Positions 1 to 12,860 of a stretch of 64,000 nt of DNA are shown in pieces. Position 1 is the stretch's first letter. Every line of letters starts with the position of its first letter. The stretch lies in NCBI RefSeq assembly GCF_009914755.1, contig NC_060932.1. One strand, given 5' to 3'. Source of the DNA: the human T2T-CHM13v2.0 reference genome, Homo sapiens. Under the pieces are notes generated by a model. The model was not told the origin of the DNA and ran no database searches. It saw only the letters and a program-made list of their open reading frames with translations. The position numbers and the translations under genes were made by a program.

Positions 1-680
1 TTTTACACTGTTGGTGGGACTGTAAACTACTTCAACCATTGTGGAAGTCAGTGTGATGATTCCTTAGGGATCTAGAACTGGAAATACCATTTGACCCAGC
101 CATCCCATTACTGGGTATATACCCAAAGGACTATAAATCATGCTGCTATAAAGACACATGCACACGTATGTTTATTGCGGCATTATTCACAATAGCAAAG
201 ACTTGGAACCAACCCAAATGTCCAACAATGATAGACTGGATTAAGAAAATGTGGCACATATACACCATGGAATGCTATGCAGCCATAAAAAATGATGAGT
301 TCATGTCCTTTGTAGTGACATGGATGAAATTGGAAATCATCATTCTCAGTAAACTATCGCAAGAACAAAAAACCAAACACCGCATATTCTCACTCATAGG
401 TGGGAATTGAACAATGAGATCACATGGACACAGGAAGGGGAATATCACACTCTGGGGACTGTTGTGGGGTGGGGGGAGTGGGGAGGGATAGCAATGGGAG
501 ATATACCTAATGCTAGATGACGAGTTAGTGGGTGCAGTGCACCAGCATGGCACATGTATACATATGTAACTAACCTGCACAATGTGCACATGTACCCTAA
601 AACTTAAAGTATAATTAAAAAAAAAAATTCAAAAAATAAAGAAATAAATAAAGTTCCATATCAACTTAAAAAAAAAAAAA
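1..680 (+). mobile_element. L1PA2-like LINE-1, 3' end (ORF2 C-terminus to 410, 3'UTR, poly(A)); continues off the left edge
   Basis: ORF 168-410 is the L1 ORF2p C-terminus (...KTKHRIFSLIGGN). 3'UTR has GATGACGAGTTAG (GAG, not the L1HS ACA/ACG diagnostic) together with young-type GAGATCACA, GAATATCAC and GCACAATGTG. Confidence 0.9.
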
Positions 681-684
681 GAAT

Positions 685-797
685 CTATTGGTGCCTTGAT
701 CTTGAACTTCCCAGAGTATAACTGTGAGAAATAAATTTCTATTGTTTATAAGCCACCCAGTCTAAGGTATGTTGTTATAACAGAACAAACTAAAACA
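685..797 (+). mobile_element. MLT1 (ERVL-MaLR) LTR, 3' fragment
   Basis: CCTTGATCTTGAACTTCCCAG...AACTGTGAGAAATAAATTTCT...TTTATAAGCCACCCAGTCT is the typical MLT1 3' end. Confidence 0.75.
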
Positions 798-799
798 CA

Positions 800-2050
800 C
801 CTCCACCCTAAACACTGTCCCGAACTCCAGACTCAGGTATTCAGTTGCCTACTAGCATTTCCCCTTGGATCTCTAAGTGATGACTCAAACTTAACTTGCC
901 CTAAACTGGACTTTTGATCTTTGCCCCAAACCTGTGCCACTCAAAGTTTTCTTCATCTCAGTTAAATCAACTCCATTCTTCTATACTTAGAATCTTCCTG
1001 GATACCTCCTTTATTTTCATATCCCATATATGACTCATTAGTAAAGCTATTTAGTCTACCTTTTGACAATATCCAGAATCCAATCACTTTTCACCACTGC
1101 AACCACCACTACTCTACTCTAAAGCAAATGCAATCTTTTGCTTGATTTATTGTAATAGCTCCTAACTGACTTTGCTGCTTCCAGTCTTTCTCCTCTGTAA
1201 TCTATTGTCAACTCAGTCGTAGGAGCAAGCTTGTGTGTTCTAAATCCTCTGTATTAGTTTTCCTAGGGCTGCCATTATAAATCACCACAAATTGAGTGGC
1301 TTAAAACAACTGAAATTGATTGTCTCGCAGTTCTAGAGCCTCGAAGTCTGAAATCAAGGTGTCAGCAGGGCCATGCTCTCTCTCAAGGCTCCAGGAGAGG
1401 ATCCTTCCTTGCCTCTTCCTAGATTCCAGCGGCAATCCTGGAATTCCTTGTAATTCCTTGGCTTGCAGCTGCATCACTCCAGTCTCTGCTCCCATCTTCA
1501 CATGGTGTTCCCCTCCCTGTGTGTCTGTGTCCAAATTTCCCTCTTCTTATAAAAACGTCAGTCACAGGATTAGGGCCCAACCTAGTTCAGTATGACTTCA
1601 TCTAAGCTTGATGACATCTTCAAAGGCTCCATTTCCAAATAAGGCCACATTCATAGGTACTAGGCGTTAGGACTTGAACATGTCTTTTCAGGAGACACAA
1701 TTCAACCCTCCACACCTGCCAACGCCTTCCTTACTCAAAGTTACTATAATGACCTCACACGTGTCTCCTCCATGTACTCTATGAATTCATCTCAAAGTGC
1801 TCACAATCTATCTCCATCATACTGGGCATATTCTCTCCTGGGGACACTTGTACCTGCTCTGCTCCTTTTGCCTCATGTCCTCTTTTCCAAGACAATTCTG
1901 CATTCTTCATCTTCATCCTCTTTCAGATCTTCAGTCTCCTTCTCCGCAAACCTCCCTGACCATCCTACTTAAAATTCCTCCACTACCTCCTCATCTGACA
2001 TTCTGCATCCCTATTCTAGGCACTATTTTTCTCTTCTTGATTAGGTACTA
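800..2050 (+). mobile_element. L2 LINE remnant interrupted by MLT1C
   Basis: CCCGAACTCCAGACTC...TGCCTACT...CTCAAACTTAAC...ATCCAGAATCCAATCACTTTTCACCAC resembles the L2a 3' region; resumes after 1714. Confidence 0.65.
1250..1714 (-). mobile_element. MLT1C-like MaLR solo LTR
   Basis: TG...CA termini (TGTATTAGTTT...CCCTCCACA); GAAGTCTGAAATCAAGGTGTCAGCAGGGCCATGCTC motif; about 465 bp. Confidence 0.8.
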
Positions 2051-2774
2051 ACTGTTACCATCCTCATTTCACAGTAAGCTCAAGTATCTTGCTCAAGATC
2101 ACAGAGCTAGAAAATGAAAAAGCCAAATCTCTGCAAGCTTACTCTAGAGTTTGTATTCTTACCTAGTGTTTTATAGAGTCTCTTAATGACTATTTTCTAT
2201 AGCTAATTTATTACCCACTTGGCTAGGATGTAAAGGCCCAGGCTTAGTGACAATCGACAGATGTCCTACCAAGGATAAACTGTACCTTGCCACAGTTTTT
2301 AAATTTTTCTTTGTCAACATTCGTAAAAGTCTGATTTTCAGTGAAAGATTCAACGTGGAAATTCTGAGCATGAGGGTATAAATCAGTATTTTCATTTTCT
2401 TTGACTAGTGATCCAGGAGGCTGACTGAGCAATAAATCAAGGAGAATTTATGTTTTATTGAGTCCCCATCATGTCTAAACACTGGGGGGTCCTGGGGCCT
2501 ACAGAACAGCACAGACCCATAGTTAAATCATTTATTTCACCAAGCAATATTGTTTCTACAAATCAATCAGAAATCATTATCAATAGCACCATTTCTAAAC
2601 AAAGTCTTGTTTATTGGTGTGATGTCACCCTGATACACTTATTTATTTGCATGATATGACACACACTCATACACATTTATTTATTTGCCTGATACTGTAT
2701 CCCCCCCCCAAAAAAAAAATGGTCAGCCATGCCTGAAGAGATTTCTGGGAATTACCCAAAGCTACAATAATATT

Positions 2775-2950
2775 CATAATAACAGTTACCATTCATTGAG
2801 TACTGCCCATGCACTAGTGACTGTGAAAAGTGCTTTTGATGTATTGCTAATTTAATTTCCATAACAACACTGAGGCAGGTATTTTATCTCTGCTTTCCAG
2901 ATGAAGAAACTAAGCATTTAGGAGATTCACTAACCTTGCCCAATGTCAGT
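2775..2950 (-). mobile_element. MIR SINE
   Basis: Reverse MIR core CAGATGAAGAAACTAAG...AACCTTGCCCAATGTCA. Confidence 0.75.
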
Positions 2951-4674
2951 CTGCCAGAAAGTCAGGATATTTTTTAAAAGTTCTAAAAGACTATAAAGGA
3001 GTACAACACAAAGATTGTTCAGTACACTTATTAATTTCCAGTGAAAAATATGCATGGAGCAGTCAAGAATATTTATGTTGGCTAGCTGCATGCACAGTCT
3101 TCTCTTGAAGAACGTCTACATTGGCAACCATATCACTATCAGACATGGTGTTTGTGAACATCAGGACATTCGTCTCTTGGGCAGTCCTCAAAAGGCACAC
3201 AGAATCTTGCATTTTCTCTACTTAGTGTAAATCATAAATCATCACCTTTCCATTATTTTGCAATTCACCTCACATTCTTTCCACTACAATTGCAAAGATG
3301 ATGGTTTTATTTCTATCAGTTAGAATACAGTTATATTTTCCAGGAGGACACTGACCATCTTGATTGAATTTGGGAACACCTGGCCTCTAGATAAGCCACA
3401 CATAATATACCCCTCACTCCCGGACAGCAGGCTTACAAGCTTCTGTGGCCCCAACTGACTGGTTCAGGTAGCTAATCTCATCAGATCTGTATTGATTCTG
3501 ATTATCTTCAATACAGAGTGGTTGGTTTATTATATCTGTGTCCAAAATATCTGAGGGTGCACATTTTTTTAGAGACTGTGGGTCTCCTGTACTGACCTCA
3601 TCTCATAACTAAGAATCACCATTTTTTAATATAGAAAAAATTAAAATATGCTAACAAGTCTGAATTTTGTTTTATAACAAATTTGTTATAAAACAAATTT
3701 GTACTGTACTGTTTTATAACAAATTTACAAACAGTTTTTCTTTTGCTAGAGGGAGATAAAATAAACCTCTTCACAGACCTATGGCCTTTAAAACACATAG
3801 GTCAGTTACCAGGGCTTCCTCAATAAATGTGAGCTTCCCAGGATTACATCCTATCTTACTTATTACTATATTCTGCACACCTATCAAGAAGGTTGGCACT
3901 TAACAGTTCTCAATGCACACCTAGAAACTGGATGCAACTAACTCCAGCCCCTGCCCAAATCAGCCATGTGGAGTTTCTCCACATTTTTTATAACCACCAA
4001 GAGAGCAAGCACTGGCGGACAGAGAGATGACACTAAAGAGGTACACTTATGGATTTTTTTTTAATCTCTGAAAAAAAAGAAAGAAAGGTATTATACAAAG
4101 CTGGACAGAATTTCTGTCTTAAAGTCAAGTGCCTAAGAGTATAAAGCCCTCCTATCTCAATAGTTTCATATCAGTTATTTTTCTTGAAGTAAGTAGGGAA
4201 ATTATCTAATTCTCATTTTATAGAAATAGAGAATACCAAATTTAACCAAGTTGATTCAAGTCACACAACTCATTGGTGGCATGGCTGGGACCAAAAACGA
4301 GGTCCCTGGCTATCGTTCCTTGTTTTATTCTATTAATAACATCCTGAGCAAGCAAATAAAGGGCTTGTAGAAGAGAGGCGATAAATGTGGTTGTAAGCAG
4401 TCAGGGTCTGCGCATTTTTGGCCTAAAGCACTTTCCATTAGTTGTGTGTAGCTGACTCACACTCTTAACTAACACTGGCTCCCCAACTGAACAAGCCAAC
4501 ATAACTGCAACTTGTTCTTTTTGCCTCTTACAGAACATTTATTTGAGGTAATCTCCAAACAGTCATCTGGGAAAAAAAAAATTTTTTGACTTTAAACAAA
4601 TCCTGCAAGCCTCTTGTTATCTCCAGTAGAGGTCTGGGCTGTCAGAAAGGGTACAAAATAAAATCCAACTTTGA

Positions 4675-4835
4675 TTGAGAACTTAGAATGTGCCAGGCAA
4701 AGTCTAAGAATATTACACATACGACCTCATTGAATTTTCAGAAGAACCCAGAGGTAGGTACTAGTCTTGGTCTCACTTAACAGATAAGGAAAATAAGGCC
4801 AGAGAGAGCTAAGATTTGAACCCTGGGAATCTTGC
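4675..4835 (-). mobile_element. MIR SINE
   Basis: GTGCCAGGCA...ACAGATAAGGAAAATAAGGCCAGAGAG...GATTTGAACCC. Confidence 0.65.
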
Positions 4836-4847
4836 TCCCAAACTATA

Positions 4848-5460
4848 CAGTAGTTCTCTTTTAACCATGGTTTTACTTTTTGCAGTTTCAGCTACCTGAC
4901 ACTAACTGCAGTCTGAAAACATTAAATGGAAAAATTCAAGAAATAAACAATTTATAAGTTTTTTATTTCATGCATTTCTGAGTAGTGTGATGAAATCTGA
5001 GACTGTCCTGCTCCATCTCGCCCAGGATATTAATCTACCCTTTGTCCAGTGAACCTGCATTATAGATGCTACCACCCTGCCCTTAGTCATTTAGTAACCC
5101 TTTCAGTTATTAGCTCAACTGTCCTGGTGTCACAGTGCTTGTGTTCAAGTAATGCTTATTTGACTTAACAATGTCCCCAAAGCACAACATTAGTGATGCT
5201 GGCTGTTTGGATATACCAAAAAAGAAGCCATAAATTGCTTTCTTTAAGCAAGAAGGGAAAAGTTCTCAACAAGAGAAGAAAAAAAATTGCCTGCTTAAGT
5301 TGCTAAAATCTATGGTAAGGATGAATCTTCTGCCTGTGAAATTCTGAAGGAAAAAATCATGCATAATTTATACAGGCTTCAGTACTATCTTCAGTTTCAG
5401 GCCTCCGCTGGGGGGTCCTGGGACATATCCCCCATGAATAAGGGTGTGGAGGGGCTACTG
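4848..5460 (+). mobile_element. MER44-family (TcMar-Tigger) non-autonomous DNA transposon
   Basis: Terminal inverted repeats CAGTAG...CTACTG flanked by TA target duplications (4846-4847 and 5461-5462); internal MER44B-like sequence. Confidence 0.8.
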
Positions 5461-5467
5461 TATTCTT

Positions 5468-5782
5468 TTTCTTTATATTTATTTTATTATGCATTTATTT
5501 ACCTATTTTGAGACAGAGTCTAGCTCTGTCACCAAGGCTGGAGTGCAGTGGCATGATCTCAGCTCACTGCAATCTCTGCCTCCCAGATTCAAGCAATTCT
5601 CGTGTCTCAGCCTCCGAGTAGCTGGAATGACAGACGCCAGCCAGCACACCCAGCTGATTTTTGTATTTTTAGTAGGGATGGGGTTTCACTGTGTTGGCCA
5701 AGCTGGTCTCGAACTCCTAACCTCGTGATCCACCCGGGCTCCCAAAGTGCTGGGGTTACAAGTGTGAGCCACCGCACCTGGC
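5468..5782 (-). mobile_element. AluS SINE
   Basis: Full dimeric Alu, antisense. TSD TACTGTATTCTT duplicates the MER44 right terminus. Confidence 0.92.
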
Positions 5783-5914
5783 TTACTGTATTCTTGAATG
5801 TTACAGTAATATGCCTTTATATTCCTAGCAGTTAGCCTATTACTCAACTAAATCTTCTATTCTTATTTTTAGCCCTTGCCTCTCCCCTGGAGAAAAACAT
5901 ATGAGTCCTTTGAG

Positions 5915-6790
5915 AGCATTCATCCATTCATATGTTCACTCTTTTAATAAATTCTTCATTTATTTGTTCAGCAAACATTTCTGAGAAGTGGCATACTCTT
6001 GGGTAGATTCTGGGGATATAAGGACTGAACATTGCCCTTTCTTTTAAAAAGCATGTAATCTGGCAGATAAGGTGGACAAATAACATTGATACATGGTGAT
6101 ATTATGCTGTGGTACTAAGGAAGCACCCAGGAGAAATATGAACCCCAGAGTAAGGTAAGAAGATAAGTCAGGATTCAGGATGGGGAAGCATCTAGCTGTC
6201 TTAGAGGAACTACCATAGATTTTATGGATGAAGAACATTGATAATGGCACTTCAAACACAGGGGGAAAACTATGAAAAAACAAAAAAAAAATTTACCATT
6301 AGAAAACTGCAATAATTCCGTAGAATATAGGTCAAAAAAGGCAAGTGGGTAACAGGTCACAAAAGACCTTGATAGTCATATTAAGGGACACACATGTTCT
6401 TAGACTGTTTGTGGCAGAAAGTCGATGGAGGGATTAAAGAGACAAGCAACATAATACATTAGAATTTTTTTTAAATGACTCTATCTCAATAAGAAGAATA
6501 GACTAGAAAGGGTAAAAATAGAGGGAGGGTATCAAGGTAGGACATGTGTGCAGCAATCCAAACATGAAATAATAATGATGGAATGTCCTAAAGCAATGGC
6601 AGTAAGAATGTTGAGACGGGAAGTAGATTCTGGACATATTAGAGAGAGAAAGTCAACAAGTCTGAGAATGGTTAGATGTGCTGTACAAGGTACTCATATA
6701 CTGGTTGGGCAGTGTACCCTTCATTGACATGGGACGGGGCACAGGAGAACATATGAGTGGAAGGAGAAAGATGAAAACCTCTAATTTTGT
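5915..6790 (-). mobile_element. L2 LINE remnant (3' end at left)
   Basis: CATTCATCCATTCA tail, CAGCAAACATTTCTGAG, and a purine-rich antisense L2 body. Confidence 0.6.
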
Positions 6791-6878
6791 ATATTGCCAG
6801 CTTTTGGGTTCCAAAGAAGAATGAACCTAATGACTTCCCCAGTAGAGCTGGCAGCTCTAAAATTTCAAAAGAAATGAG

Positions 6879-7002
6879 GGCCAGGTACGGTGGCTCACAC
6901 CTGTAATCTGAGCAATTTGGCAGGCCAAGGCAGGAGGATCACTTAAGTCCAGAAGTTCAAGACCAGCCTGGGCCATATAGTGAGACCCTATCTCTTTAAA
7001 AA
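6879..7002 (+). mobile_element. FLAM (free left Alu monomer)
   Basis: Single left arm GGCCAGGTACGGTGGCTCAC...GAGACCCTATCTCT followed by an A tail. Confidence 0.8.
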
Positions 7003-8299
7003 TAATGATAGCAAATAAAAACATAAATAATGGAGACAGATGAGTAAGTAAACTGAGCCATTATTGAGGGTTTACAGGGCAGTTGAGGGGAAAAGATAGA
7101 AGACCTTGTGCTGGAGAGTTAAGCTGGCAATAAACTGGGAGAAGTGAGAAGGCTTGGGGAACTGACAATCTCTGAGAGAAAAACGTGTACTTGGGAGTGA
7201 AGAACTGAGAAGTCTTGGAGGAAAGAGGCTTTGTTTAAAGATTTGTACTTTGTGGTTTAAGATTTTCAGAGTTGTAGAATTGATGGCAGCTTTTCTAGCA
7301 GAGAAAGTTTATAACATTACCAAATATACCTCTTTTGATTCAATCTCTCAAAGTTGACAAAAGGCTAAGTGCTTTTTAAAGAAAAGTACATGAAATCCAT
7401 GTGGTTATCTTTGTTTTCCACAAGGATATCCTAAAGGCATCTGTGATCATTGACATGTGCAATTTTCATTACTTCCAGTTATTTGATATAGAACTATTTA
7501 GTAATAACCTTCTCTAGAAGGACTGAGAAGATAAAATTCATCTAGAAAATATGTTAATCAATAATGTAATTTATTCCTTCACTTACCATATGGAAAGTAT
7601 AGTAGAGTATATATTTTCCCAAATGTATTAGAGATTTTTATCCATTTCATTTTTCTTTTTTTGAAGGGTTGTCTGACACATACTTTAAAGACATCATTCC
7701 TCAGTTGGGTTTTAGTCTGTTAAAAGTTGGATTCTTATATCCCTAAAGACAAATCATGTGCAAGACATGTTCGTCTCCTGAGACTGCTCTGTGGAGATTT
7801 GGAATGTGAGAGTTTTGCCAAACAGTTGCTAAAAGGCAAACAGTTGAGATACCCCAACATTTTTAATACAATGCAATTTTCTTTGAGCCATCAGATTTGG
7901 ATGAATATCAACTCATTGAAAACTCATATATTAATTGCAATTTCCTTTGAAAACAAGTTCAAGGAAAATATTGCTTATGAAAATGAAGATAAATTATGAA
8001 ATCAGAGAACATGCTGTACCATAGGAAATATGAAAACAGCTCTCAGCTACATTGTACTTAGAAATGTTTTGTAAAATTATCACAGTCATATCTTTGAAGT
8101 AGGTAACCATTTCACCAACAAAAAACCAATACCATTTCCTATTCAAAAGAGAAAACACAGGTGATTTAACTTTTACAAACTATAAACTACTAAGACAGTA
8201 AAAGCTTTAACATTAAATTTTAATGAAATAATTATTAAGAAATGCTTTTTTATTTCAAAGAGGCTACACCAGACATGGAGAATGTGTACTAAATTTACA

Positions 8300-8420
8300 A
8301 AACATACTTCCCTCAGTTTCCTCGTCTGTAAAATGATCCTATGCAAGTATATGCCATGAGAATTAAATGTGATAATACATATGAAACATCCTATATAAAG
8401 GTCCTAAGTTGTAGTACCTA
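8300..8420 (+). mobile_element. MIR SINE fragment
   Basis: CCTCAGTTTCCTCGTCTGTAAAATG core. Confidence 0.65.
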
Positions 8421-10481
8421 AAACAAATTTGGGGGTAATTTTCATTGAGTCACTTCCTGCAGAACCAACAATTATTATGATTACCCTCTTTGCTTACCAA
8501 CACATGTAGCTGCCTATTGAGACCACATATAACACAGTAGAGGAGGCCCCTTCACTAATCCTAGTGAGAGATTACACCATACTTTTTATATGGTACAGTC
8601 CCTCATGTACCAGACATAAGACTGGATTGGTAAGATTTAAAGTGTTTTAAAAATTGAAATGAAATGAGAATTTTTAAAGCTCCATTAGTGACTTTTCATA
8701 ACTGGGAAGTTTTTGAAACTGTATCTTTGTTATCTTAGTAGATAAAATTTCCCTATCAATATATTATTGGCAGACTGGCACATATGCTATGAGATTTTTC
8801 CATTGTGGGACTTGCCCTCTTATTCCTTTTTTGAGGAAGATCACCAAGAAGCTAAGAGTACTCCTAACTGGGTTGATGGAGTAACATAGGAGACAGAATT
8901 TGGAAATAGTCACCTAAGTGTTTATTTCATTTAAATTTCACTATAAGCTCTTTACACCCTCATGAAATTTGAATGTAGGAATTTTGATAGTGAGATATGA
9001 TTTGGACAAGTAGAAATGGAATGAGGTCATATTCTATTATATGGTTTTCCTTGGTATAATTTGGTGAACAGTGAATACAATAATAAAAGTCCCAATCCTG
9101 ATTGGCATCTAGAAAGACTGTTTTTCTCCAGAAAGAAATGACAGAGTTTTGAAGAATCTTTGTTTTTCTGATACTAGAATTTCATTAGGTTGATTACTTC
9201 TGGTGGGTCTTGATCATTGACTCTTCATTTCCATTGTTAACTCTATGGATGTGGCCCCCACCCCTACTCTGGAGGTACCCAAAGTAGAGACAATCACTTT
9301 TCTTTGAAGAAAATCCTGGGATCTCAGCAAGTTATGAATCTACTGGCTTGTTAAAGATATTTTCCAAATTTCATGTCACTTTCTTTTTTGGGGCAACAAA
9401 TTGTAAATAGGCCAACATCCTACACAGGAAGAAGGTGGGCTCTTCCATGGCTGATGATTGTTACACAATGTATCATCCTTTGAGAAACGCGGAGATGCAG
9501 CAGAAGATTTGCAACTCTCATTGATAGCTATTCAACCTTCGAATTTATGGACAGAAACTAATTATGTATGAATTCACTCCAGATTCATTGTTATTCATGT
9601 ATATACTAGATATCAAATTTTAAGTACGTAAAATGGTGGTGGGTTTTTAGCCACTTTCTCTTTGCCTTGGATCTTAATGATAAATGCGGGAACAATGGCT
9701 CTTCTGCTACCAAATACAGACAGCTAAATGTGCTTCTCTATTTCATTGTTTTCAGGTGGATAATCAAGTGATTTGGTTGCATTACCTGTGAACTCACTGC
9801 TTATCAGGTTTGAACTGATGAACTAGACAGTGTCTCCTCCATTGCTCCTGGGGTTACATGCTGGCTGAAAGGCAATGACCCTCCCAAGTAGCTAAGAATA
9901 AATAAAGCCAAAAGAAAGTAACAAGTTTCCATGTGATTTTCATTAAAAAGAGTGAGTTGAAAATCAAAATTTTAAAGCCAAAATAATCACTTTTGACAAG
10001 TGTCCTCCAATGTTTAATCGGCAAGTGTCTGTCAATTCTCCACATGAAATCAAATTGTTTTACTATCTAGGGTTATATTTTTCTCACTAATCTACGTTTG
10101 ATTTTTGTAAAAGAGCTAAATTGGTTTAAATTAGCTGACCTGCATATATCCTTATGGAAACTATTTTATACTACCACAGGCAATCATCAATACTTCGTTT
10201 GAAAATCCTCCAAAATAAATTGGTGTGGTTGTGCCCTATAGAATTGAACTTTGGGATCTCAGAACCCATGTATATAAAAGTTCAAGAGGACCTAGATCTT
10301 CCTCTGAGTAAAACCTTGTGCTACCTGTAGACAGTACTTCACACCATCTTAATACTGATATCAGGGAAGTGGCACTAATCTTTATTTTAGTTAACTACTT
10401 CAGTCTTCCTTTGACCCATTTATCTACTTATTGTATCCAGTTGTGAATAATGTTTCTCTAAGGCATGAACTCGAACACTTT

Positions 10482-10800
10482 ATTATTATTATTATTATTT
10501 AAAACTGAGTTTTAATAATAAAACAAGAGTTTGCTCTGTTGCCCAGGCTGCAGTGCAGTGGCACGATCTCGGCTCACCGCAACCTCCACCTCCCGGGTTC
10601 AAGCAATTCTCCTGCCTCACCTCCCGAGTTGCTGGGACTACAGGCGTGTGCCACCATATCCGGTTAATTTTTGTACTTTTAGCAGAGACGGGGTTTTGCC
10701 ATGTTGGCCAGGCTGGTCTCTAAATCCTGACCTCAGGTGATCCACCCACCTTGGCCTCCCAAAGTGCTGGGATTACAGACATAGGCCACTGCACCTGGCC
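10482..10800 (-). mobile_element. AluS SINE with (TTA)n tail
   Basis: Antisense Alu; TSD CTCGAACACTTTA / CTCAAACACTTTA. Confidence 0.92.
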
Positions 10801-12439
10801 AACCTCAAACACTTTATGTTCCAAAGTGGGATATAAATAAATGGTAAGAAGAATAATAACAGCTACTATTAACAATAAATTTATACCTTAGACTTTTCCA
10901 GCTGGAAGAGGCCTGTAGAGACTGCCTAGTTTTTAATCTTAACAGCTGAGATTCAGAATAGTTAAGCAACTTAAGTCTGTAGCAGTCTCTACTACATTTC
11001 TCTATTGGTGAAAATCAGTAATTTCTCATTCTCCACTTAATATTCTCTCCGCTATTCCATGATGTGTCTCGGGCCAGGTGGCTCTGATTTTTCAGAGCAA
11101 TAGTTTTTGTTCTCATCCTTTGACCAAAAGAAACATCTGGAATCTATCTATCCTCTGCCAGAATATCACTAGAAACCATGAAAGTAGGGATTTCCTTTCT
11201 CTAACACTGACCCTTTCACAAACCTGAAAATTTTCTGAACAAAAATTCCTGTTTGAAAATCTACATAAACATTAAAGCTTCAACTTGGGTTTTTAAGAGT
11301 TAATAACAGTTAAAATATCTTATAATGTAGTAAAATCTTCACACCCCATACACAGGGCTTGTAGTTGCATTTACATAGACATTCAGAATCTGAGAATTGT
11401 TATAAGTATTAGTAGCTGGCAAGAGAAAATAGAGGGAATCCAAAATTAAAGTGATTAAATCCATCCAAGAGGCTATTATCAAAAGGAAACTCCTCTCATT
11501 CTCATTCCACTTCCAAAGTGGAAAACAGCCAAGAAGCATTTTTCCCTCACCTCTTATCAAAGATTGCGTCCCTAATTTCAAAATCTAATGGTGCTAGCCT
11601 TTTTCTGGATCCATCTGTGCTATGTCTGGACTCTCTCTGCCACAGAAACTCAGGTCTGGTTTTATTCAATTGTACTTTGTGCTTTCTTTTTATGTACTCT
11701 TTAAATGGTTATTTTGACTATAGTTCTCATCAAACAAAAGATGTCTATCTTTTATCATTTGGAGATATTGAAGGAATGTATCTTCTCTCACTGCCTCTCA
11801 AAGCATTTACACCATTATATAATGAGAAGAGAAATTCCTCGGAGACCAGTTACCATAAACATGTGCAGGCTAAAGATATGCATATGTATTTTATATTTGA
11901 TATATTTAGTTCAATATCTGAAAAGGCCTGAGTAAATTTATGATGTTCTGTTGCAAGCTATGTGATTTTTATAGACTCCAAGGAAAATATATTCTAACTT
12001 TTGCTCCCTCAGATAAAATGTATATTGAATACAAGACAGCTTGCCTTCTAAATGCACCTACTCATGTTGGAAGTCTAAGTATTTCATGGTATTTTGAAGC
12101 ATACTTTGATATTTGAAAATGCATTGGTTTGCATAGATCTCTTTTGTCACAATGTCAAGCTTAAGTAGAAATATTGCCCGCAGTATTATTATCAGTCCTA
12201 AAGTATAATGATGACATGATTTGAAATGCAGCCAGCTGCAACCTGTAGTCTAGAATGGTAAAAATGACAGTCATACCATCAACATGTGATCTGGTGCCCA
12301 CATGAGCTCCTCCTAGGACAGAGGTGGAGATGGCGATGCCAAAGGCACAGAAGGGATGTAGCAAAAGACCACACAGATGTAGTGTTTGCTGGGCCCTTTG
12401 ATTAGATGTCTTGTGAATATTGCAAGAAGGTTAGGCTAG

Positions 12440-12860
12440 CTGTCATTTGTTAACTCGTGTGGGTTTGAACCCTAGCTCCAGGAGTATACAAATGGTGTTC
12501 ACTTGTGCAAATTATTTAACCTCTGTATGTCTCCATAGCCTCTTCTGTAAAGTAGAAAAACAGTAGTCACCTCACAGAATTATTGAGGTTTAATAAGATA
12601 ATGAATATCAAGTTCTTGTCAGAGACGTCTGTAGAAAGCAATGGTTAATAATGCAGACTCTGGCCCAAGAATGGCTAAGTTTTAAACTTGACCCTCACAC
12701 TATCTGTGAAATTTTCTTAACTTCTTTTAGCCTCAGTTTTCTCTTTAGAAATATGGAGATGGTAAATAATAGTAGCATTGTTGTGTGGATAACATTAGTT
12801 AATTCATGTGATTGAGAAAAGTGCCTAATGCATGACAAATGCTCAAAAATATTAGTTGTT
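12440..12860 (+). mobile_element. Two adjacent MIR SINEs
   Basis: Two cores: TTTAACCTCTGTATGTCTC...CTGTAAAGT and GCCTCAGTTTTCTC...AATATGGAGAT. Confidence 0.65.

Noticed and set aside
11518-11931. 137-aa ORF in unique AT-rich DNA
   Set aside because: GTG start, no recognisable domain, composition typical of random AT-rich sequence.
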